IMG/VR virus record: IMGVR_UViG_3300027628_000015
Direction: 5' to 3' (one strand)
Length of the DNA stretch: 20,000 nucleotides
DNA from: an uncultured virus (IMG/VR IMGVR_UViG_3300027628_000015)
Lineage: Duplodnaviria > Heunggongvirae > Uroviricota > Caudoviricetes > Herelleviridae
Each line of letters opens with the position of its first letter. Within the stretch, counting starts at the first letter, position 1. A model generated the notes under the pieces. It had not been told where the DNA came from. It did no database searches and was given only the letters and a program-made list of their open reading frames with translations. Positions 7,859 to 15,826 of the stretch are shown in pieces. The position numbers were made by a program, and so were the translations under genes.

Positions 7859-8498
7859 GATAGAGAAGCTTGGTGGATTAAAAGCGCTATCTCGGACTCC
7901 ATATATGCGGAACTTGTGGGCACTAATGAAGACTTTCAATACAATGCCTACAAACCCGGATTTTCTTGCTTTAACAGATAGGCAAGTAGATTTAATGATC
8001 TATTCATTAAATGAAGATCACAGAGAAATGGAGCTTGCTCGTAAAGGACTTACTGTTGATTCTGAACACTACGATTCTAACTTTGAAGAAGAAGTATGGA
8101 ACAGACAAGTCGGTGATTGGGAAATTCTTAAAGATGGACATGACCCTGATGATATTGCTAGACAGGTGGAAGAGCTTACTCGAGCTGAAGATCGTAAGAA
8201 CCTCGCAATGAAATTTGACAGCCTAGAAGAGTATAACGATTACTTAGCCGCAGGTGGAAAAACAGTTCGTGAGACTGAAGTAGAGCAATATATTAACAAA
8301 CAAATCCAAGCAGCAGAAGAAATGGCTCGAAGACTTTCAGCAACAGGAGAAAAGAAAAAACTTGTGGACGATCAAGATAGACCTGAGACAGATTCAGCTC
8401 TTAGTGATCATTTACCTGACATTGATAAAGCAGCGATTGACAAATCGATTGCCCTATTTAATGCTCAAGATGATGATGACGATTTTAGTGCTTTGTAA
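7815..8498 (+). CDS. Tail assembly chaperone extension (T-like), probably expressed as a +1 frameshift fusion with 7430..7858
   Basis: Overlaps the previous ORF in the +1 frame. No convincing RBS at TTG 7815 or ATG 7905. RNLWA.MK.FN..PT motif. Candidate shift sequence TTT CGA CTT TGA at 7847-7858. Confidence 0.75.
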   Translation: MGSISSSGLTTFDFEIEKLGGLKALSRTPYMRNLWALMKTFNTMPTNPDFLALTDRQVDLMIYSLNEDHREMELARKGLTVDSEHYDSNFEEEVWNRQVGDWEILKDGHDPDDIARQVEELTRAEDRKNLAMKFDSLEEYNDYLAAGGKTVRETEVEQYINKQIQAAEEMARRLSATGEKKKLVDDQDRPETDSALSDHLPDIDKAAIDKSIALFNAQDDDDDFSAL

Positions 8499-8499
8499 A

Positions 8500-8531
8500 G
8501 GGGTAGGAGTTCAACTCCTGCTCCATTTTTT
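8500..8531 (+). terminator. Hairpin plus U-rich tract (possible partial terminator before the TMP)
   Basis: GGGGTAGGAGT-TCA-ACTCCTGCTCC-ATTTTTT. Confidence 0.55.
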
Positions 8532-8559
8532 ATAATGATGAAGGGAGAGTGATTTACAC

Positions 8560-11500
8560 ATGGCTAAAGAACAATTTATTTTTGATGTCGATGCGGAAAC
8601 CAGTAAGGCGGTCTCTAAGCTAGAGAAAATTGAAAGGCTAATGAATAAACTAAATAGTGTACATATTAAAGGTGTAGACAATTATTCTACAACCAATCAA
8701 AAAGATATGGACAAAAATATGCGTTCCATGAGACAGCTTACTAAACTCTATAGTGAGATGGACCGTGACCTTACAAATCTTCAAGCTAAGATGAGAAAAA
8801 TGTCCGATGGGCTTGAAGTACCTACAGGTGCTACACAAGAGCAACGTGAGGAAATCGAAAAGCTAAAGCAGGCTATCGTTGATCAAACAGAAACAGCAAT
8901 TAAACAACAGAAGAAGTTGAGTAGGGAATATGATCATTCATTAGCAGCTTACCGTGAGTTCGCTACATTTCAACAAAACTATTCTAAAAATTTTAAGAGC
9001 GCAATTAATTCTAAAGATATTTTTAACCTCCCTTCAGGTGCTGAGTCATTCGGTGAAGCTAGAAAAACTATGCAATCTTTAGCTAATGAAGCTGAGCATG
9101 CTGCTAGTAAAATCAGTCAAGTGACTGATAAAATCCAAGAGGTAAATAAATTAGATAGACGTGCAGACAGCCTTTCTCGAAGAGGGGCTGCATCTAAGTA
9201 TATGTCCTACCAACAGGCACAAAGTTTCTCTAAAGATTACCGTACCTCTTCTCAGGATTACGTAGCTCAACGTGAAGAGAATATGAACAATATGACTCGT
9301 ATAGGTCAAGAGCGTAGAACTCTTCATGAGCAAGTTACAGCGATTCAACAGAATCCAGAGGCTACTAATCAAGACATAGATAAAAAGATCGCTTACCAGC
9401 AGTCAATTGAATCTATGGATAAAGAGATGGATGCTCGATTAGAGTTAAACCGTGTTCTTAATCGTACAATCAAAAATATGGAAGGTTACAACGATCGCTT
9501 AACTAATGGTAACGTAGAAGTTAAGCCTGAACGTGGTACTCTATCTGGTATGATGTATGAACGTGCTCCGGCTATCGGTTTTGCTGCTAGTGGTGCATTC
9601 GCTGGAGTATTCGGTAGTCTATACGGTCAAGGTGCTTCACTTAATAAAGGTATCCGTGACGATGTAGTTTCTATTGGACAGCGTACAGGTATGGAAGGAG
9701 AGCAATGGAGAGAAGGTATCCGTGACAATGCACTAGAGTCTGGTCTTTCTGATAAGCTAGGTTATGGTGGGGCGGACATGCTTGCCTTCCAACAAAACTA
9801 TCTTTCTAATAACGGTTTCGAAGGTATGGACGATCTTAACGCTGCTATGAAAAACCAAGCTGTATTTAGCCGTACTACAGGGGTAGACGATGCCGCTACT
9901 AAAGAGTTCTTCAACTCTGTCTATAGTACAGGTGCAGTAAGCGGTACACAGTCTAAAGATATTCAAGATGCTTTTATTGGAGCTATTAAACAGAGTGGTA
10001 TGGAAGGTCGAGAGAAAGATCAGTTAAAAGCTTTACAAGGTTTAGTAGAGGGAGTGTCCCGTGGACGTACTCTAACAAACGATGAAGCAATGAATGTAAT
10101 GGGCATGCAGTCTGTACTAGCTCAGACAGGAGTTCGTTCTTTACAAGGAGAGCAAGGCGGACAGCTTTTAGCTAATCTAAACGAAGGTATCCGAGGCAGT
10201 TTCAATAACCCTCAAGCCCGTTTAATGTTCGGTCAAGGTACTAAGTATCAAGGTATCGAAGGTAGATGGGAACTTCGTAAACGTTTAGATAAAGGTATTA
10301 GTGACCCAGATAATGTTAATGATATAGCTCGTTCAGCAGTCGCTAACGGAAGTACAGAGAATGAACAAAACGAGATATTTGCTTCAGCAGTTCAAGAGGT
10401 TTTACAGACTGATATTACAGCTGAGCAATCAGAAGGTATCATGGATGCTTTCCGTAAAGGGGACCTGACTCAAGAGCAGCTTAATAATATTATCAAACAA
10501 GATAAAGAGACAGGTAAAAAAGAAGGAGATAAAAAATTAGCTAATTACCAAAACTCTCATGAGGCTATCGACAATCAATCTGAGTCTACAACTGAAAAGC
10601 AAGCTACTCAGCTATATGACTTTGGAGAAGCACTACGTAAGACGAACTCAGCTTTAGGTGGATTGAATCCTGCGCTCTATGCTTCAATTATAGCAGTAGG
10701 CGCATTCACAGCCGCTCTAGCCGCTTCTACGCTCTCTCTGGGAGGTTCTAGTTTACTTAGAGGGTTAGCAGGCAAGAAGTTCGGTGGACGTGGAGGCGGA
10801 GGTCCTAAAGGCGGAGGAGGCGGTCCCAAAGGTGGAGGCGGTGGCGGTGTACCACCAATCGTAGACGCTAGAGGTAACCCAATCCAATCTGAAAAGAAAG
10901 GCTGGTTCGGACGTACTAAAGATACTGTAGGTGGCTGGTTCGGTCGAAACGGTACTGACACTCCTAATGTACCTAAAGGTCCAAAACCTGAAGGAACGCC
11001 AAAAAGCGGATTCTTTAGCAGTGTTAAGGAGAAGGCTGGAGGTTTCTTAGGAGCCGCTAAAGATAAAACAGGTGGGTTCTTCAATTCAGCTAAAGAGAAA
11101 GTCGGAGGCTGGTTTAGTAAAGGTAAAGGCGGAGGAACATCTGGAGCTGTAGAAGGGGCAGCTAGTGGAGGTCTTAAAGGTTTCCTAGGTAAAGGTGGAA
11201 AAATCCTCGGTAAAGCTGCATTACCACTATCCTTAGCTATCGGTGCAGGAGAAATCCTAAGTGCCGAGAAAGGTAAGAAAGCAGAAGCAATCGGCTCTGT
11301 CGGAGGCGGTATCCTCGGAGGTATGGGAGGAGGAGCAGCTGCTGGTGCTGCATTAGGTTCTGTAGTTCCGGGACTAGGTACAGTTATCGGTGGTATCGGA
11401 GGCTCTATTGTCGGAGGTATAGCAGGAAGTAGTTTAGGAGGCTGGATTGGTAGCAAGTTCAATGGTGGAGAAAAGAAATTAGAGACTCCTGAAGAAGTTG

Positions 11501-12423
11501 CAGCAGCTAAAGAAACTATGAGCAAAGCCTTTACTATCGGAGAAGACAAGAAAGAGGAGAAAGGCTCTATCAAAGGTCAACTAGAGCGTGAAAATACGAA
11601 TACGAAAGATCGTGCTGAGAATAAGCGTTTATCTAACATCGGACAAGAAAGAGAAAACTTAAAGCTTTACGAAACTCTACTTAACCGTGCAGAACAAATC
11701 CTCGCTCAAGCTCGATCACAGAACGGTATTTTCGGTAATGGAAACGGTATGAGCGGTGGAGACGGAAGCGGAGGTACTGGTGCGGCAAGTCCTGTCACAG
11801 GTAACAGCAACTCAGAGAAGGCTTGGAACTTCTTCGCTAGTAAAGGGATGTCAGAAGGAGCTATTGCTGGTATCATGGGTAACCTACAGCAAGAGTCTCA
11901 GATAGACCCTACTGCTCCAAACGGAGGACTTGCTCAGTGGTTAGGACCTCGTAGAAAGGACCTTAACAACTACGCTAAGCAAACTGGCGGAGATGTTAAC
12001 TCGATGGAAACTCAGCTTAACTTCCTATGGAAAGAGTTAGAGTCTGGGCAGTATGGTAGCGTCGATGAGCTAAACAAGTTGAACCCTACAGAGGCTGCTA
12101 AGTACTTCGAGAAGCATTATGAAAAAGCTGGAAAACCTATGATGGAGAAACGTATTGGGTACGCTAATGATTGGTACAGTCAATACGGTAACGGTAAGAG
12201 CCCACAAGCTAAAACCAACTCCGGGACATCCAGCGTTAACTCTTCATCTAATACGAACAGTAGTGTTAAGGTTAATTCCAACATTAATGTTAACGTTAAG
12301 GGTGACGAGAAGACATCTGAGAAGCTTAAGAGCAATAAAGAGCTACAGAGTATTGCCGATTCAGTACAGCAAAAGATTTACGGTGCTATGGGATTCCATG
12401 CAATCGAAACGAAGAGAGCGTAA
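8560..12423 (+). CDS. Tape measure protein with C-terminal phage lysozyme 2-like muralytic domain
   Basis: 1287 aa, helical, follows the chaperones. Gly-rich hydrophobic segments. Around 11810-12190: AWNFF..KG.S..AIAGIMGNLQQES......GLAQW...R...QLNFLWKEL...AAKYF...YE. Confidence 0.9.
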   Translation: MAKEQFIFDVDAETSKAVSKLEKIERLMNKLNSVHIKGVDNYSTTNQKDMDKNMRSMRQLTKLYSEMDRDLTNLQAKMRKMSDGLEVPTGATQEQREEIEKLKQAIVDQTETAIKQQKKLSREYDHSLAAYREFATFQQNYSKNFKSAINSKDIFNLPSGAESFGEARKTMQSLANEAEHAASKISQVTDKIQEVNKLDRRADSLSRRGAASKYMSYQQAQSFSKDYRTSSQDYVAQREENMNNMTRIGQERRTLHEQVTAIQQNPEATNQDIDKKIAYQQSIESMDKEMDARLELNRVLNRTIKNMEGYNDRLTNGNVEVKPERGTLSGMMYERAPAIGFAASGAFAGVFGSLYGQGASLNKGIRDDVVSIGQRTGMEGEQWREGIRDNALESGLSDKLGYGGADMLAFQQNYLSNNGFEGMDDLNAAMKNQAVFSRTTGVDDAATKEFFNSVYSTGAVSGTQSKDIQDAFIGAIKQSGMEGREKDQLKALQGLVEGVSRGRTLTNDEAMNVMGMQSVLAQTGVRSLQGEQGGQLLANLNEGIRGSFNNPQARLMFGQGTKYQGIEGRWELRKRLDKGISDPDNVNDIARSAVANGSTENEQNEIFASAVQEVLQTDITAEQSEGIMDAFRKGDLTQEQLNNIIKQDKETGKKEGDKKLANYQNSHEAIDNQSESTTEKQATQLYDFGEALRKTNSALGGLNPALYASIIAVGAFTAALAASTLSLGGSSLLRGLAGKKFGGRGGGGPKGGGGGPKGGGGGGVPPIVDARGNPIQSEKKGWFGRTKDTVGGWFGRNGTDTPNVPKGPKPEGTPKSGFFSSVKEKAGGFLGAAKDKTGGFFNSAKEKVGGWFSKGKGGGTSGAVEGAASGGLKGFLGKGGKILGKAALPLSLAIGAGEILSAEKGKKAEAIGSVGGGILGGMGGGAAAGAALGSVVPGLGTVIGGIGGSIVGGIAGSSLGGWIGSKFNGGEKKLETPEEVAAAKETMSKAFTIGEDKKEEKGSIKGQLERENTNTKDRAENKRLSNIGQERENLKLYETLLNRAEQILAQARSQNGIFGNGNGMSGGDGSGGTGAASPVTGNSNSEKAWNFFASKGMSEGAIAGIMGNLQQESQIDPTAPNGGLAQWLGPRRKDLNNYAKQTGGDVNSMETQLNFLWKELESGQYGSVDELNKLNPTEAAKYFEKHYEKAGKPMMEKRIGYANDWYSQYGNGKSPQAKTNSGTSSVNSSSNTNSSVKVNSNINVNVKGDEKTSEKLKSNKELQSIADSVQQKIYGAMGFHAIETKRA
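10792..11120 (+). repeat. Coding repeats within the TMP: GGGG(G)PK units and about 11-aa K(D/E)KxGG(F/W)(F/L) units
   Basis: GGGGPKGGGGGPKGGGGGG at 10792-10848. SVKEKAGGFL/AAKDKTGGFF/SAKEKVGGWF at about 11018-11115. Confidence 0.7.
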
Positions 12424-12441
12424 CAGCTCTCTTTTTCTTTT
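12412..12441 (+). terminator. Rho-independent terminator overlapping the TMP stop
   Basis: AAGAGAGC-GTAACA-GCTCTCTT-TTTCTTTT. Confidence 0.75.
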
Positions 12442-12464
12442 ATTCAAAAAATTTAGAATGTTCG

Positions 12465-12474
12465 TGCTATAATA
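12465..12474 (+). promoter_or_regulatory. Putative promoter TGCTATAATA
   Basis: Identical to 7357-7366, just after a terminator. Confidence 0.55.
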
Positions 12475-12527
12475 GTATATGAAGGGGTTGACATATATGC
12501 GTAAATATGATAGAGGAGGAAAATAAA

Positions 12528-12572
12528 TTGACAACGATTATTAAGCTAAAAGGACACTCAGTTTTTAGGTAG
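12528..12572 (+). pseudogene. Orphaned original 5' end of the hub/tail-lysin gene (MTTIIK, then read-through to a stop in the insert)
   Basis: RBS AGGAGG at 12514-12519, then TTG ACA ACG ATT ATT AAG C. Compare ATG ACA ACA GTA ATT AAG C at 13519. Confidence 0.7.
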
Positions 12573-12577
12573 ACTTC

Positions 12578-12587
12578 TGCTATATTA
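12578..12587 (+). promoter_or_regulatory. Putative late promoter TGCTATATTA inside the endonuclease cassette
   Basis: Exact copy of the motif at 3959 and 7387, directly upstream of RBS AAGGAG (12594-12599). Confidence 0.7.
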
Positions 12588-12607
12588 ATAGTAAAGGAGT
12601 GGATACT

Positions 12608-13522
12608 ATGGAAAAATATTTACCTTTATTATCGTTTAAGACGAAAGCTGAACGTGCAGCATACGTAAAAGAACAAATGTTATTAGGAGGTTTAAAACTT
12701 CTAGAAGAATACAAAGGAAATAACACCCCCGTAGAGGTGGAAATCCTCGAAGGAATGTACACAGGTTACAAAGCTACCGCTACTTGGAACAATTTTATTA
12801 AGGGAAAAAGACCCGATTTTAGGGGGCTCCCTCATACGGAGAAAGAGAGATATTTAAAAAGTATATTCGAGCCAGAAGGTTACAAAATTATTAATCTCCC
12901 GGAGTACGTAAGACGCAGCGATAAAATTGATCTACTATCTCCAAATGGACATGAATGGTCTGTTACAGTCGATACTTTTTTAAAAGGTGTAAGATGTCCT
13001 CTCGACAGTGATAGAAGCTGGGGAGAGCGTTGTGTATCTACAATTCTAAAAGAGAACGGAGTCCCTTTTAAACCGCAAAAAGCTATTTTCCATAAAGACG
13101 GTTCTCGACAGTTCTTAGACTTTTATGTTGAATATGGAGACCTATTAATAGACATTGAATATAACGGAAGACAGCATTACCAAGAGGAAAGAATAAACAA
13201 GCTATTTAACTCTTTAGAATCTCAACAAAAAAGCGATAAAAAGAAAGCGGACTATTGTAAAGCTAATGGAATTGTTCAGGTCATTATACCTTATACAATT
13301 AGAGAGGTAAAAGACATAGCTACTGAAATAAACAAATACATACCCGTAGAGGTTAAGGACTACACAGTAGAGTCATATAGGTATGATGAAAAAGCAATTG
13401 TAGAATTTTACAAAACTCATACCCTTAAGGAGACCGCAGAGAAATTTAATCTCAGTGGGTCTACCATAAAGAACCTAGCTAGAAAAAATAAAGTTAGAAA
13501 GAATGGAGGAAGCTTAAAATGA
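12608..13522 (+). CDS. Putative homing endonuclease, Vsr/DUF559-like PD-(D/E)xK fold, with N-terminal repeats and C-terminal HTH
   Basis: GHEW.....F.KG.RCP, SWGE..V..IL, LDFY, IEYNG.QHY, D..K..YC..NGI....IPY. C-terminal LKETAEKFNLSGSTIKN HTH. ATG 12608 fits the RBS spacing better than GTG 12599. Confidence 0.8.
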   Translation: MEKYLPLLSFKTKAERAAYVKEQMLLGGLKLLEEYKGNNTPVEVEILEGMYTGYKATATWNNFIKGKRPDFRGLPHTEKERYLKSIFEPEGYKIINLPEYVRRSDKIDLLSPNGHEWSVTVDTFLKGVRCPLDSDRSWGERCVSTILKENGVPFKPQKAIFHKDGSRQFLDFYVEYGDLLIDIEYNGRQHYQEERINKLFNSLESQQKSDKKKADYCKANGIVQVIIPYTIREVKDIATEINKYIPVEVKDYTVESYRYDEKAIVEFYKTHTLKETAEKFNLSGSTIKNLARKNKVRKNGGSLK

Positions 13523-15820
13523 CAACAGTAATTAAGCGCTATCCCTAGTTTCGAAGTAGACCTAGTAACAGAAAAGACAAGCTACGAATTAACATACGAT
13601 ACAGGTAAACAGCTTAAACAATCGGACTTTGAAGAAGCTATTATTTCCTTCAGCTGTAAGAACTCAATGGCAGATGATAGCCCCGTATTCTCCCTTGTAA
13701 TTCTAGCAAAAGAAAAATGGGATGCAATGCTTAATTCAAATGATTTAATCCGTATTCGAGCAATCCCGGATAGTACAAAAGGTGTTCCAGATAATCCGTA
13801 CATTATGGTAGGACTTATCTCAGATATCCATAAAGAAGGGGAATATGAGAACGGAACTTTACTTTACCGTATCACAGGTCGAGCTATGACAAAAGCTTTA
13901 ATTGATTTTGAAGTAGGGGTTATTCAGGAAGTTTCTACAGTTATCCCTTCTATCGGATGGCTACCAGATACGACAGAAAAAGGATTAAAGTTTTCTGGAA
14001 ATACAGCAGCAGGTATTGGTAACGAACTAATGGAACGATTTGTGTACAAGCATGCAGTATATGAATTTTCTAATGGTAGAGGATTAAAAGATTATTTAAC
14101 TCACGGATTTACGAGCTGGCTTGAGGATGAGAGCTTGGCTGACGTTACCCCATTCATCAATTATGAAGGAAGTATTAGACAATTCTTGGAGGACATTACA
14201 GCTAAACCATTTAATGAATTATTTTTTGAATATACGCCAGATGGCAAGTGCGCTGCCGTTATGCGCCCTACGCCGTTCGATCAAGACAAATGGTCGGCTT
14301 TACCCTCTTACGGATTTACTTCTGATCTAGTAGTAGAAGAATCTTTCGGTAAGTCCGATGCAGAAATGTATTCCGTTTATGTTGTACAAGCACCTAACTT
14401 GTTAGAATTTAACAGTATGGATTTAGGAGTTTATCCAAAGTATCATCCAGAATTGTTAAAGAAATACGGTTATAAGAGATTGGATGCTCAAAACAGATAT
14501 TTACTTTCTGGTACGTTAGCAGGGGTAGACCCTAACACAAATGCAGCACCAGACGCAACAGATACTAGCGGTGGAGGAACAGGTACAGACACTGGAAACA
14601 ATAACGGAGGTACTGACCAAAACCAAGATCAACAACAGAATGCTCAGAATGTACGAGTACAAGAGAAGGAACCTGCAACGGACCCAGCTAAACCAACAAC
14701 TGCTCAGGCTCCAGCTTTTGATGATGTAGCAAAGTATGTTACCGATAATAAATTAACAGACCCGGAAACTCTTCGTAAAAAGGGAAACAAAGTAGCTACC
14801 GATTTAATGGCTCAATTCTCTGGACTTACTGAGAATAGTGCTAAGGCGATCGTAGATGCATTAAAAGATGGAAAGTTTGATAGAGAAAAATACGATAACA
14901 TTATTGCAACAACAGGTACAAAAGCTGATAAAGAATTGAGTAAAGAGAAAGGCGTAGCTAGTGAAAAGCTAGAGAAATTTACTCAAAAATTATTTAACTG
15001 GTATTGTGAGAATGCTAACTTCTATAGTGGGGATATTCGAGTACTAGGTAACCCAGCCTACCGTATCGGCACAATCGCTCTGTATGAGGACTTTGAACGT
15101 AACACTACATGGGAGTTTTATATTGAGTCCATTCAGCACGAATTTAGCTTTACAAACGGCTATACTACTATATTAGGAGTAACAAGAGGTTTACCTAATA
15201 AAGGTGCTAAACGTTTCTCAAATCTATGGGGTAAAGCTGAAGACTTTAAAGGTGGGTACCTAGGAGAAAGCTCTCTAGAAGACCTTTTAGCTCAAGCTCA
15301 AGAGGCAAATGCTACACAAGGTAACTCTGGGGGAACTACAGCAGATGGAAGCTGGGGCAATATGCAAGGTTCTGGTGGAGCAATGGGAGCACTTGCTACA
15401 GCTAGACAAATGACCCAACGATCTTCTACCTATATTTTCGGCGGAGGACGTTCGGGAACAAATATCTTCCTAAGCAATCCAATTAAAGGTGACTGTTCTT
15501 CGTTCGTATGGTGGTGCTATCAGTTAAACGGTGTTACCTTAAAAGGTGGTTCCACAGGAATGAATACAGACACAATCAAAATAGACCCACAGTTAAAAGT
15601 TATTAGCCAAAGAGGTAGTTCAAAAACAGCAGCCCAAAGTATGATGCAGGTCGGAGATATTGTTTACTTCGATACGTATAAGCAAGACGGACATATCGGA
15701 ATTTATTCAGGTAACGGAAAGTTCATTGGATTCCAGAAAAGTACAGGTATTGCAGAAGCTAGTATGTCTAGCGGATACTTCTGGAACAAGTTTAATGGAC
15801 ATGTACTAAGACTTCAGTAA
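13519..15820 (+). CDS. Baseplate hub / tail-associated lysin with C-terminal NlpC/P60 domain; true start 13519 needs a +1 shift at 13543-13548 (track ORF starts at 13667)
   Basis: RBS GGAGGA at 13505, ATG at 13519, MTTVIKRYP-stop. The +1 frame continues PSFEVDLVTE...CKNSMADDSPVF. C-terminus has DCSSFV, GDIVYF, GHIGIY.G.GKFI (NlpC/P60 Cys-His). Confidence 0.85.
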
Positions 15821-15826
15821 AGGTAG

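Larger units (their letters stand above)
12547..13537 (+). mobile_element. Free-standing homing-endonuclease-like cassette inserted in the hub gene start
   Basis: Bounded by diverged duplicate gene starts. Contains its own promoter motif, RBS, endonuclease ORF and a replacement RBS/start. Confidence 0.65.

Noticed and set aside
10677..11573. 298-aa Pro-rich antisense ORF
   Set aside because: Shadow of Gly-rich TMP codons (GGN reads as Pro on the reverse strand). No independent expression signals seen.
12479..12526. Mini-ORF MKGLTYMRKYDRGGK
   Set aside because: Too short to support. Its GG codons simply reflect the downstream RBS.
12488..12533. TTGACA hexamers at 12488 and 12528 as sigma-A -35 boxes
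   Set aside because: No -10 at 16-18 nt spacing (TATGAT is only 12 nt from the first). The second is the TTG ACA of the orphan start.
12608..13522. HNH or GIY-YIG endonuclease call
   Set aside because: No HNH or GIY-YIG motif. The DFY / IEYNG.QH / D..K motifs indicate a Vsr/DUF559-like fold.
12548..13548. Group I intron hypothesis: joining AAG CT| to |T TTC GAA (5' exon ends in U, insert ends in G) would restore the hub frame
   Set aside because: Only about 60 nt before and 26 nt after the ORF, with no recognisable P3-P7 core or U-G P1 pair. The join would delete the R-Y-P-S residues. The duplicated RBS/start is better explained by a free-standing element. RT-PCR across the locus would settle it.
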